This document shows, one piece after another, positions 17,595-27,127 of a stretch of DNA of 64,000 nt; within the stretch, counting starts at the first letter, position 1; every line of letters begins with the position of its first letter. The translations under genes were made by a program, and so were the position numbers. The notes beneath the pieces are model-generated. The model had not been told where the DNA came from, ran no database searches, and saw only the letters and a program-made list of their open reading frames with translations. This stretch comes from an uncultured Pseudomonadales bacterium (GTDB lineage Bacteria; Patescibacteriota; Microgenomatia; UBA1400; PJMF01): contig CAZYRN010000003.1 in NCBI GenBank assembly GCA_964650185.1, positions 2,025-66,024 of the forward strand, written 5' to 3'.

Positions 17595-20588
17595 ATGCCA
17601 CAGACAAAAATTACGATTACTGGCGCCCGGGAACACAATCTTAAAGATATTAATGTTGAAGTCCCTAAGAACAAACTAGTTGTTTTCACTGGTTTATCTG
17701 GTAGTGGCAAAAGTTCTCTGGCATTTGATACTCTTTACGCCGAGGGGCAGCGCCGCTACGTCGAAAGTCTTAGCTCTTACGCTCGGCAATTTTTAGGAGT
17801 GATGAGCAAACCTGATGTTGATCAAATTGAAGGTCTGTCGCCGGCCATCTCCATAGACCAAAAAACCACTTCTCATAATCCGCGTTCAACCGTGGGTACG
17901 ATCACGGAAATTTATGACTATCTGCGGCTGCTTTATGCTCGAGTTGGACATCCGCACTGCCCTGAATGCGGCCAAGAAGTGGCTACCCAAAGTGTCGATC
18001 AAATTGTTGAGCATGTGCTGACAGAGCTAAACTCACGCACCATTAACGGCACACCCACTCGACTGATGATCTTATCGCCAGTCGTGCGTGATCGCAAAGG
18101 CGAGTTTAGCGGGCTAATCGATAATTTACAGAAAAAGGGTTATGTCAGAGCCAGAATTGACGGTCGCATTTACGATTTATCTCAAGAACTAAATCTGCTA
18201 AAAAATAATCGGCACACCATTGAAGCTTTGCTAGATAGACTAACAATTTCCAAAAAACAATTGCGCGATGACTCGTCCCGCCAATCTTTCCGTTCTCGTT
18301 TAGCTCAATCACTTGAGGAAGCACTGAAGTTATCAGATGGTTTTGTCGTCATTAGTTTTATTAATGATGACTCACTCGACTTTCCCGAGCAGCCCAAAAA
18401 TGTTGAAGATCGTTTATTTAGTGAAAAATTAGCCTGCAGCAACTGTGGCATCTCAATTGATGAACTAGAGCCGCGACTGTTTTCATTTAACGCACCGCAA
18501 GGAGCCTGTGAAACTTGTCATGGCCTGGGATCTTTACTCAAAATTGATGTAGAAAAGATTATCGCGACTGATTTATCGCTGAGTGAAGGGGCCATTATTC
18601 CCTTAGCCAGCCAACTAACACATGAAACCTGGTGGAGTAGAGTAGTAATGGCAGTAGTCGAGGCAGCTGGTTATGATTTTCGCTCAACAGCTTGGCACGA
18701 TTTTGATGAAAAAACTCAGCAGCAACTGCTCTATGGCACTGGCTCTAAAAAATACACCGTTTATGGTGAAAATCGACAGGGCAGACCCACTTCAATTCAT
18801 GAAACTTTTGCAGGTTTTGTGCCTGAATTGGAAAAACGTTATCAAGAAAGTGACTCGGATTATGTTCGGCACAAGATCGAAGAGTTCATGCAGAATGAAA
18901 CTTGTCCGGATTGTCATGGTGCCAGATTAAAAGAAGAAGCTTTAGCAGTAACAATTGAGGGCAAAAACATCGCGGATATTACTGGCTTGCCCATTGATCA
19001 ATCTTTAGCCTGGGTAAAACATCTGGCGGCAGAACAGATCCTTAGTCCCAAGGAACAGGTCATTGCTGATTCCATCTTAAGAGAAATCACTTCCAGACTT
19101 ACTTTTTTGTCCTCCGTTGGCTTAGATTACATCAGTTTACATCGAGAAGCAGCCACTTTAGCTGGCGGTGAGGCCCAACGAATTCGGTTGGCCTCTCAAA
19201 TTGGAACTGGTTTAACTGGCGTGCTCTACATTCTGGATGAACCAACCATTGGCTTGCACCAAAGCGACAACCACCGCTTAATCAAAACTTTAGAAAATCT
19301 GCGCGATAAAGGCAATTCAGTGGTAGTAGTTGAGCATGATCGAGACGTTATTCTCTCTGCAGACTATGTCATCGACTTTGGTCCGCTGGCTGGCAATCAA
19401 GGAGGGCAGATAGTGGCTCAAGGCACCCCCGCCGAAGTAATGCAGTCCAACACCTTAACCGGTCAGTACTTGTCTCGAAAAAAAGAAGTTACTCGCCATG
19501 GTCCTCCTCAGCAATCATCAGCTCAAACCAATGAACGTCGCTACATTGATCCTGACGAAGTAGCGGTCTCAATTAAAACTGAGCCAGTCATCAGATTAGA
19601 AGGAGCTAGCAAGCATAATTTAAAACAAATTGATGTGGAGTTTCCGCTGCGTAGCTTTACCTGCATTACTGGTCTTTCCGGTAGTGGTAAATCTACTTTA
19701 CTGCACGACACTTTGTATCATCAGTTAGCCGCTAACTTAGGTTATAAAACCAATGATAAGCCTGGTCACGTTGATAAAATCACTATTCCAGATGAAGTGA
19801 GAAAGATCGCTTTAATTGATCAAAGTCCGATTGGCAAAACGCCACGCTCCAATCCTGCTACTTATACTAAAGTTTTTGACTACATTCGCAAGATTTTTGC
19901 CAATACGCAAGAGGCCCAGATCAGAGGATTTAATGCTGGCCGGTTTAGCTTTAATGTTAAAGGCGGCCGCTGTGAAGCTTGCGCCGGGGATGGTCAGATC
20001 AAAATTGAGATGCAGTTTTTACCTGATATTTATGTCACCTGCGATGTCTGCGAAGGCAAGCGCTACAACGAAGAAACATTGCAAGTCAAATATCGAGATC
20101 TGACGATTCATGATGTCTTGAAATTAACTATTGAAGAAGCTTATGACTTTTTTGAGCATCACAGCACTTTACGTGAGAAGCTGAAAACTTTACTTGAGGT
20201 AGGCTTGGGCTATCTAGAACTCGGCCAGCCGGCCCCTACTCTCAGCGGTGGTGAAGCCCAGCGGGTAAAATTAGCCAAAGAACTTTCCGGTCGTCAGTAT
20301 GATCATGTGGTTTATTTACTTGATGAACCAACCACCGGTCTTCATTTTCATGATGTACAAAAACTGCTGAATGTACTGCATCAATTAGTCGAAAATAATA
20401 ACACCGTCATTGTCATTGAGCATAATTTAGATGTGATTAAAAATGCTGATTACCTGATTGATCTTGGACCCGAGGGTGGAGAAAAGGGCGGGCAAGTAGT
20501 TGCCACTGGCACTCCTCAGGAAGTGGCAGAATTAAGCGATTCTTACACCGGCCGTTACCTCAAAGCAGAGTTTAGTCAGGTGAAGTGA
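17595..20588 (+). CDS. uvrA: excinuclease ABC subunit A
   Basis: GAREHNLK, two GLSGSGKS Walker A motifs, zinc fingers, LSGGEAQR. Confidence 0.98.
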   Translation: MPQTKITITGAREHNLKDINVEVPKNKLVVFTGLSGSGKSSLAFDTLYAEGQRRYVESLSSYARQFLGVMSKPDVDQIEGLSPAISIDQKTTSHNPRSTVGTITEIYDYLRLLYARVGHPHCPECGQEVATQSVDQIVEHVLTELNSRTINGTPTRLMILSPVVRDRKGEFSGLIDNLQKKGYVRARIDGRIYDLSQELNLLKNNRHTIEALLDRLTISKKQLRDDSSRQSFRSRLAQSLEEALKLSDGFVVISFINDDSLDFPEQPKNVEDRLFSEKLACSNCGISIDELEPRLFSFNAPQGACETCHGLGSLLKIDVEKIIATDLSLSEGAIIPLASQLTHETWWSRVVMAVVEAAGYDFRSTAWHDFDEKTQQQLLYGTGSKKYTVYGENRQGRPTSIHETFAGFVPELEKRYQESDSDYVRHKIEEFMQNETCPDCHGARLKEEALAVTIEGKNIADITGLPIDQSLAWVKHLAAEQILSPKEQVIADSILREITSRLTFLSSVGLDYISLHREAATLAGGEAQRIRLASQIGTGLTGVLYILDEPTIGLHQSDNHRLIKTLENLRDKGNSVVVVEHDRDVILSADYVIDFGPLAGNQGGQIVAQGTPAEVMQSNTLTGQYLSRKKEVTRHGPPQQSSAQTNERRYIDPDEVAVSIKTEPVIRLEGASKHNLKQIDVEFPLRSFTCITGLSGSGKSTLLHDTLYHQLAANLGYKTNDKPGHVDKITIPDEVRKIALIDQSPIGKTPRSNPATYTKVFDYIRKIFANTQEAQIRGFNAGRFSFNVKGGRCEACAGDGQIKIEMQFLPDIYVTCDVCEGKRYNEETLQVKYRDLTIHDVLKLTIEEAYDFFEHHSTLREKLKTLLEVGLGYLELGQPAPTLSGGEAQRVKLAKELSGRQYDHVVYLLDEPTTGLHFHDVQKLLNVLHQLVENNNTVIVIEHNLDVIKNADYLIDLGPEGGEKGGQVVATGTPQEVAELSDSYTGRYLKAEFSQVK

Positions 20589-20600
20589 TAAAATACGCGC

Positions 20601-21085
20601 ATGACTTCCAGCCTATTAACTGAGCAAAGACGAACTGAGCTCGAGTCCTATCTTCCTATGTGGGCGGTGTTATTTGTAATTGCTTTTATTGAATTTGCGA
20701 GTGATTTACAAACAAGCCAATTTGCATTTTTCTAGGTTACGAAGGACCAGTTGTAGTCGAGGGACAAAATTTTTCAGAGCTAAGGAACTTTTTTGAGCAA
20801 CATGCTGGCGATGTCTATGAAACTATCATGCTGTTTTTCTTGCTTCAAAACATCATTTATCTGATGAATAAATTTCTTAAACATCAAAAATTAGCAATAA
20901 TTACTAAGGAACAAAGTACTGCTCTTACTCTAGTCGCTTCATCGTTCATTATCACTTTTTTCGAGCTTGAAGGCATTTATAATACAGCTGATCCTCTCGA
21001 TCTACTGGGAGTTGGATTAGGAGCAGTTAGCATCTATCTGGCCTACAAATTATCTGGCATACTAGAGGCATCTACCCAGTCATAA
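20601..21085 (+). pseudogene. frameshifted small membrane protein (VanZ/DUF2809-like motifs)
   Basis: ATG 20601 frame stops at 20735; adding one T to the T5 run 20727-20731 joins it to the frame of the 20828-21085 ORF. Confidence 0.55.
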
Positions 21086-21152
21086 TATAAGTTCTGCCCT
21101 TTTCATATAAAGAAACCTGATTTGCAAGCGATCTGGTTTATTGTAATATGAT

Positions 21153-23192
21153 ATGCTTAAGGACCTAATGATCGTCAATAATTTTCTGCCAAAAATACGC
21201 TCTCATCATCACTTGAGCTTAATCACTTTGCTTTTCACAGTTTTCACTCTGATAGTTATTTCCTTTTTCACGGATTTTCACGGAATTATTACAGGCTTAA
21301 GTAGTTTTCACGCATTTTCACAGAAACACTTTTCCTCAATAAGTTTAACAGCTCAAGCCCAAACTGAAACGCAGCCTAGTTCGGGGCTTTTCCAGACAAA
21401 TCTTACTACCACCGTCACTGTCAATGAAAATGGTCTGAGTCGAATTAAGCAAGATTTTGAAATAGTTAACCTCACGCCAACAAGTTATATCAGTCAATAC
21501 GGCTTAAAAATCAGCTCTAATCAGCTTAAAAATATCGTTGTCACCAGTGATGGTCAACTCATCGAACCAGAGATAAATTATCTTAATCCAAGCACAACTA
21601 GTGGTCCCGGACAAACCAGTATCGGCATTACTTTTGATGACAAAGTGGTAGGGGAAGGTAAGTCACGCCAATTTAGCATTTCCTATCTTCATCCAGATGC
21701 AGCTATTATTAGCGGCTCCGTGTTGGAAGTGTCGCTACCGCCTCAAGCCAACCCAGCAGACTACCAACAATATACCGTGCACTTGGTTACGCCTGCTCGT
21801 TTTGGGCCGCCGGTGAGAACTACCCCAGATCAGCATTCTTACACTACTCAAGACGATCAGGTAGTGACTACTTTTGAACAAAATGGCACAGCAGGGATTT
21901 TTGCGTTGTATGGCTCAGAACAAATTTTTGATCTGATGATAAATTATCACCTTGATAATGACACTAATAATCCTGGCATCTCTCAAATTGCCCTTGTCCC
22001 AGACACAGCATACCAGCGCGTTTATTATCACCAGCTAGATCCGCTCCCAGACCAAATGGAACTCGATCCAGACGGCAACTGGATTGCAACTTACCACCTG
22101 CCAGCGGGCAGTAAAACCACAGTAAAACTACAGGCAGCGGTCAAACTCAGTTTAGAACCAGCTGCTAACCTCCCCATAGCAGAACCAAACTCTACTCATC
22201 TGGCAGCTTTGCCATACTGGCCGGTAGATCAGGCGGAGATTAAAGAGTTGGCGGGTCAGCACCAAACTGCCGCCGCCATCAATGATTATGTGGTAAAAAC
22301 GCTCAGCTATAACACCCAGCGGGCGTTAAATAATCCCGAGCGAATGGGAGCGGCGGCGGCCCTCAATCAGCCCGACCAAGCAGTTTGTCAAGAATTTACC
22401 GATCTTTTTATCACCCTGGCTCGAGCTGCCAACATTCCGGCCCGCCGCATGACCGGCTATGCCTACACCCAAAACAGCGATCTGAGGCCACTGAGCTTAG
22501 TCGAGGATGTTCTACATGCTTGGCCAGAATACTATCATCAAGACTTAAAACAATGGGTGCCCATTGATCCCACCTGGGAAAATACCACTGGCGGCATTGA
22601 TTATTTCAGCCAAGTCGACTTAAGCCACATCGTCTTTGCTATCAATGGCCAGCACAGCGAGACTCCCTATCCCGCCGGTAGCTACAAGGCTGATGCGGCG
22701 GAAAAAACTGTTGAAGTTAATTTTGGTAGCAGCTTTCCTGAACTTAATGCCAGCGCCCTAACCACTTCCCAAGAACTGGTTCCCAGAAAAATCCTTGGCC
22801 TTAACATTCCGGGTCTTTACACACTCAAAATCACTAACCTATCTGGAGAAGCGGGTTACTATTTACCGATTGAGGTCAGCGCTCAACAAGTTCAAGTTGT
22901 TAAAACAAGAACTTCCGGCAATATCAAGGCATTGCTGCCTTTTCAAACGTTAGAAATTCCGTTACAGTTACAGGCCAGTTCAGGTTTCTTGCCCGAAAAG
23001 GATACAATAACAATTAGTATTAACCATGACAGTCAAACCTACCAAGTCACCAGCGGACCCAGACTCAGCGACTCCATCCCGCAGCCGTACCTCTTCATTG
23101 GCGTGGCTGCCATCCTGGTCGTCAGTACCCTCATCGCCGGGAGTGTACTGGTTTTTAGAAAACGACCAGGTTCTGTACGTCGGAAAAGCTAA
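21153..23192 (+). CDS. membrane-anchored transglutaminase-like protein
   Basis: AVCQEF, HAWPE, IDPTW catalytic triad; N- and C-terminal hydrophobic helices. Confidence 0.88.
   Translation: MLKDLMIVNNFLPKIRSHHHLSLITLLFTVFTLIVISFFTDFHGIITGLSSFHAFSQKHFSSISLTAQAQTETQPSSGLFQTNLTTTVTVNENGLSRIKQDFEIVNLTPTSYISQYGLKISSNQLKNIVVTSDGQLIEPEINYLNPSTTSGPGQTSIGITFDDKVVGEGKSRQFSISYLHPDAAIISGSVLEVSLPPQANPADYQQYTVHLVTPARFGPPVRTTPDQHSYTTQDDQVVTTFEQNGTAGIFALYGSEQIFDLMINYHLDNDTNNPGISQIALVPDTAYQRVYYHQLDPLPDQMELDPDGNWIATYHLPAGSKTTVKLQAAVKLSLEPAANLPIAEPNSTHLAALPYWPVDQAEIKELAGQHQTAAAINDYVVKTLSYNTQRALNNPERMGAAAALNQPDQAVCQEFTDLFITLARAANIPARRMTGYAYTQNSDLRPLSLVEDVLHAWPEYYHQDLKQWVPIDPTWENTTGGIDYFSQVDLSHIVFAINGQHSETPYPAGSYKADAAEKTVEVNFGSSFPELNASALTTSQELVPRKILGLNIPGLYTLKITNLSGEAGYYLPIEVSAQQVQVVKTRTSGNIKALLPFQTLEIPLQLQASSGFLPEKDTITISINHDSQTYQVTSGPRLSDSIPQPYLFIGVAAILVVSTLIAGSVLVFRKRPGSVRRKS
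21232..21321. repeat. six TTTTCAC copies in three pairs
   Basis: copies at 21232, 21241, 21265, 21275, 21305, 21315. Confidence 0.7.
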
Positions 23193-24429
23193 AGATTTAA
23201 AAAAGCGTCTCCGCCAGTACACCCAATTAAAGCGTCTGCCTACCAAGATTAAACGGATGGTTCACGAAGCAGCCACTGTCAAATGGCAGGAGTTGGAGAG
23301 TGAGTTTGAAGCACTGCTGATCGAAGCAGAGCTGATTCGCCTCCATCAGCCCAACTATAATTCATTGCTGAAAGATGATAAAAGTCCCATCTATCTGCAG
23401 CTCACCAATGAGATCTATCCTAGATTACTGACTGTCCGCAAGCGAGACTTAGATCACCGCCAACTTTCAGGCACAATCTTAGGTCCGTTTCCCAGCGCGT
23501 ATCGGCTGCGCGAGGTCTTAAAAATTGTCAGGAAGATTTTTCCCTGGTGCAACCAAGCAGGGCAGAGCAGTCGGCAAGAACTCGTCGGCAGTACAGCCTG
23601 TTTTTATTATCATTTAGATCAGTGCCCAGGCGCATGTGTGGGTGCGATCTCACCAGCTGATTATCGAGCTCAACTCCAACAATTGGTTTTATTTTTACGA
23701 GGTAAGAAAAAAACCGTTATCACCAATTTGGAACAAGAATTAAAATCCGCTGCCGAACAAGAAAAATATGAAATAGCAGCCGAGCTGCGTGACCGAATTC
23801 AATTAATTAAATCGGTCACGACTCAGCAGTATCAACTCAAACCATCATTGGTGCTGCCTCAACTAACAGGCCAATATCGCGAACAAGCTCTGTTGCATCT
23901 ACGCAAACTACTGTCCACCTATCTTTATCTGCCAAAAACTTATCCCTTATCGAGAGTTGAAGGCTATGATGTCAGCAATACTTCCGGCCAACTAGCTAGT
24001 GTCTCCATGGTGACGTTTGTCAATGGTCAGCCGGCTAAAGAACATTACCGGCTGTTTAACATCCGCACTCTTGATACCCCCAATGACTTTCAGATGCTAC
24101 AGGAAGCCGTTCTTAGGCGGCAAAATCACCCAGAATGGGGTGAGCCCGATCTACTTGTTATTGATGGCGGCAAAGGCCAGCTACGGGCCGCTCTGCAGGG
24201 CTGGTATTGGCCAGCACCAGTCATTAGCATTGCCAAAAATCCAGATCGAATTATTCTGCCCACCCAAATTGAGCGCCCCGAATCCGGCCGGCTTAAAATT
24301 AAATACCAGATCATTAGACTACCGGCCAACCACCCTACGCTGCACTTGATCCAACACATTCGTGATGAATCACACCGTTTTTCCAAAAAACAACATACTA
24401 GCCGTCGCTTGAAAAAGATGTTTAAATAA
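23026..24429 (+). CDS. uvrC: excinuclease ABC subunit C (short, no C-terminal HhH)
   Basis: PGVY..LYVGKA GIY-YIG, Cys cluster, UVR, EGYDVS, IDGGKGQ, RDESHRF. Confidence 0.92.
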   Translation: MTVKPTKSPADPDSATPSRSRTSSLAWLPSWSSVPSSPGVYWFLENDQVLYVGKAKDLKKRLRQYTQLKRLPTKIKRMVHEAATVKWQELESEFEALLIEAELIRLHQPNYNSLLKDDKSPIYLQLTNEIYPRLLTVRKRDLDHRQLSGTILGPFPSAYRLREVLKIVRKIFPWCNQAGQSSRQELVGSTACFYYHLDQCPGACVGAISPADYRAQLQQLVLFLRGKKKTVITNLEQELKSAAEQEKYEIAAELRDRIQLIKSVTTQQYQLKPSLVLPQLTGQYREQALLHLRKLLSTYLYLPKTYPLSRVEGYDVSNTSGQLASVSMVTFVNGQPAKEHYRLFNIRTLDTPNDFQMLQEAVLRRQNHPEWGEPDLLVIDGGKGQLRAALQGWYWPAPVISIAKNPDRIILPTQIERPESGRLKIKYQIIRLPANHPTLHLIQHIRDESHRFSKKQHTSRRLKKMFK

Positions 24430-24433
24430 CAGT

Positions 24434-24799
24434 ATGGGATTTCTCAAAGCTGTTATAAACACCGGTCTCACCTTATTTATCTTGGCTTATTTTCTGCCTA
24501 CCGTCAGCTATATGGACTGGTCGACACTGATTATTGCGGCCATCGTCTTTACCCTGGTTCATAAAATTATTAAGCCAATTCTTAAGTTGCTCTTTTTACC
24601 CATTAACATCATCACCCTCGGCTTCTTCTCACTCGTTCTCAACGTGATTTTACTCTGGTTGGTCACTTATCTTGTACCCGGCTTTCGCATCGCTCCCATG
24701 GTAATTCTAGGAGTTGAGTTTAACCAATTTTTCTCTTTGCTCATCATCTCGGCTTTAATTGGTTTTATTCAGTCATTTTTGGGTATCTTTATCAAGTAA
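24434..24799 (+). CDS. YvlD/DUF360 four-TM holin-like membrane protein
   Basis: IKPILKLLFLPINIITLGFFSLVLN signature. Confidence 0.88.
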   Translation: MGFLKAVINTGLTLFILAYFLPTVSYMDWSTLIIAAIVFTLVHKIIKPILKLLFLPINIITLGFFSLVLNVILLWLVTYLVPGFRIAPMVILGVEFNQFFSLLIISALIGFIQSFLGIFIK

Positions 24800-24855
24800 A
24801 ACGCTCGGCCCAGCTGCCTGTACTTGTAGGGGTAGGATTTAGTATAATAATCCTC

Positions 24856-25800
24856 ATGAGAAAATTTTTGGCCAGCCTTCTAGTCTTGTTAAGTTTAACC
24901 ATAGCCGTTTCCACTCCTGTCGTGGCTCAGACTAATCTGCGGGTCAGTCCTTCACCAAGTCTATTAGATGAAGAGGCAACTGAGTCTGCAGATGCTACCG
25001 CCGAAGCTGAGCTAGCCACCGCCTCTGCTGAAACTGAGCAACGCATTCAAGAGAAAAAAGCTCGCGATATCACCGAACCGACTGTGGAGCAGAAAAGTAA
25101 ATTAGTCAGATATCTCGAGGAAAATCCTGTTGAAAATCCCTCTGTTACCAACGCCTTAGCGAGAGCCATTCGCAGTGCCGTTGCTGAAGGAGTCCCACCC
25201 AACGTCATCGTCTTAGTTCTACTGTTCCCCTTAGTCTCATCTTTTATTGCCGCCTCCAGACACGTCATTGGTCTCAGAGGTTTCGGCATTTACATTCCAG
25301 CCGTCTTGTCCGTAGCTTTAGTCTCAACCGGCATAATCGAAGGCACCGCTATCTTTTTAGCCATTGCCTTAGTCGCTTTACCAGCCAAGCGCATCTTGAT
25401 GAAATCTAGACTGCCATACTTGCCGCGGACAGCCATCTTATTGTGGTTTGTCTCTTTAGCAATTTTGGCCTTACTCTTGGCCGCACCACTTTTAGATCTG
25501 GTCTCACTGATGAGCGTCAACATTTTCCCCATCTTAATTTTGGTATTGTTGGCTGAAAACTTCTTAGACGCTCAAGTCAGAACTAAACCTAGTGACGCCA
25601 TGGCGCTGACACTAGAAACTTTAGGCTTAGCTTTCTTATCTGGCTTAATCTTAAAATGGGAAACACTGCAAAAGTTCGCCTTAATCGAACCAGAGCTACT
25701 CATTATTGCCATCCTGTTGTTTAACCTCATCATCGGCAAATTTGTCGGCTTGAGGTTTTCTGAGTACTTCCGCTTCAGAACGATGATGGAAGAGGAATAA
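24856..25800 (+). CDS. 7TM domain protein (family usually fused to an inactive transglutaminase)
   Basis: signal peptide, RHVIGLRGFGIYIP, YLPR, FPILI..E, GLRFSEYFRFR. Confidence 0.85.
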   Translation: MRKFLASLLVLLSLTIAVSTPVVAQTNLRVSPSPSLLDEEATESADATAEAELATASAETEQRIQEKKARDITEPTVEQKSKLVRYLEENPVENPSVTNALARAIRSAVAEGVPPNVIVLVLLFPLVSSFIAASRHVIGLRGFGIYIPAVLSVALVSTGIIEGTAIFLAIALVALPAKRILMKSRLPYLPRTAILLWFVSLAILALLLAAPLLDLVSLMSVNIFPILILVLLAENFLDAQVRTKPSDAMALTLETLGLAFLSGLILKWETLQKFALIEPELLIIAILLFNLIIGKFVGLRFSEYFRFRTMMEEE

Positions 25801-25837
25801 TTATCCCATCAAGAGCAGCAATAACTAGGCAACTATT

Positions 25838-27127
25838 ATGGCAATTAAACCCTCCCAAATTCTCGGGCACAACGGACGCAATCGCTACACTTCCATGAAT
25901 AGTCGCGAAGCTAAAAAATATGGTTTTTCTAAGTTAAGAACCAAAGAACTGCTGCGCCAGCATAATATTCCCACTGCCGAGTTGTATCATGTTTTTGAAA
26001 CTCCCGAAGATCTCAATCTAGTTTCTTGGGAAACTTTGCCCGTGCCTTTTGTGATTAAGCCTGCCAGTGGCAGTGCTGGTAAAGGGATTTGGATTATTAA
26101 AAAGAAACTCAAAGATCAATCGGTTTGGGTCAATGAACGCCAGGAACACCTAACTAAAGCCGATCTGGAACTGCATGTCTTAAACATTCTTGATGGTGAG
26201 TTTAGTACCTGGGGCAGTCAGCATCGAGCGTTGGTGGAAGAGATGATTCCTCCCCATCCTAAATTGGCTAAGATTTCTTATAAAGGCACCCCCGATATTC
26301 GGATTATCATTTTTAACTCCATTCCAGTCATGGCTATGGCACGGATTCCAACTGAAGAATCTCAAGGTCGAGCCAACCTGGATCAAGGCGCAATTGGTCT
26401 CGGCATCGATTTGGCCACCGGCATCACCATTCATGGAGTGAGAGGCAAGAAAACTGTTATTTCTAAACTGCCTGGGAAAAAAGGCCGAAAAGTGACCGGA
26501 ATAAAAATTCCCATGTGGAATAAAGCTCTGGAAATTGCAGTTAAAGCCGCCAACGCTGCTGGCTACACTTTTATGGGAGCTGATCTTTTTATTCATGAGG
26601 AAAAAGGACCAATGGTGGTGGAGCTGAATGGTTTTCCAGGTTTGTCAATTCAATTGGCTAATGATGCCGGTTTGAAAGCACGCCTAAAAAGGGTTGAGGA
26701 TGTTGAGGTGCTGAATGCTAAACATGGGGTCAAAATTGCTCAAGCTTTATTTGCCAAGATCTTTATTGATGAAAATACTGTGGAAGAAGGTCTGCAAATT
26801 TTATCCTACCGGCCAACCATTGAACTCTATGATGATCAAAACAAGCCCCACCAAGTTGAAGCATTGGTCAATACGAGCCGTTATCGATCTGCCATCAGCC
26901 AAGAACTAGCTGAAGAGCTTGGTCATTTTGATATTGAAGACTTGCTGTGGCGGCAAACTGAAATTGTTGAGGGCAATGTGCCAGTGGTGGAGATTCAAAC
27001 CAAGATCGGTGACCGACAAGTGACGACTGCGATGCTGGTCATTAAAAGACTGAACCGCACCCAACACAAAGTAGAGTTGGGCAGAAGAGATATTCAAGGC
27101 TTCTTAATTGGCGAAGGAGCACAATGA
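25838..27127 (+). CDS. alpha-L-glutamate ligase-like ATP-grasp protein fused to a RimB-like retropepsin domain
   Basis: ILGHNGRN, FVIKPASGSAGKGI, DIRII, GRANLDQGAIG, VELNGFPGLSIQLAN; C-terminal ALVNTS..ELGRR. Confidence 0.85.
   Translation: MAIKPSQILGHNGRNRYTSMNSREAKKYGFSKLRTKELLRQHNIPTAELYHVFETPEDLNLVSWETLPVPFVIKPASGSAGKGIWIIKKKLKDQSVWVNERQEHLTKADLELHVLNILDGEFSTWGSQHRALVEEMIPPHPKLAKISYKGTPDIRIIIFNSIPVMAMARIPTEESQGRANLDQGAIGLGIDLATGITIHGVRGKKTVISKLPGKKGRKVTGIKIPMWNKALEIAVKAANAAGYTFMGADLFIHEEKGPMVVELNGFPGLSIQLANDAGLKARLKRVEDVEVLNAKHGVKIAQALFAKIFIDENTVEEGLQILSYRPTIELYDDQNKPHQVEALVNTSRYRSAISQELAEELGHFDIEDLLWRQTEIVEGNVPVVEIQTKIGDRQVTTAMLVIKRLNRTQHKVELGRRDIQGFLIGEGAQ

Noticed and set aside
24434-24799. 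Holin as evidence of a prophage
   Set aside because: YvlD/DUF360 genes are ordinary chromosomal neighbours of uvr genes; no phage genes nearby
21153-25800. Active transglutaminase as a fourth member of the 7TM/ATP-grasp module
   Set aside because: separated by uvrC and yvlD, and the module has its own promoter; not supportable without synteny data
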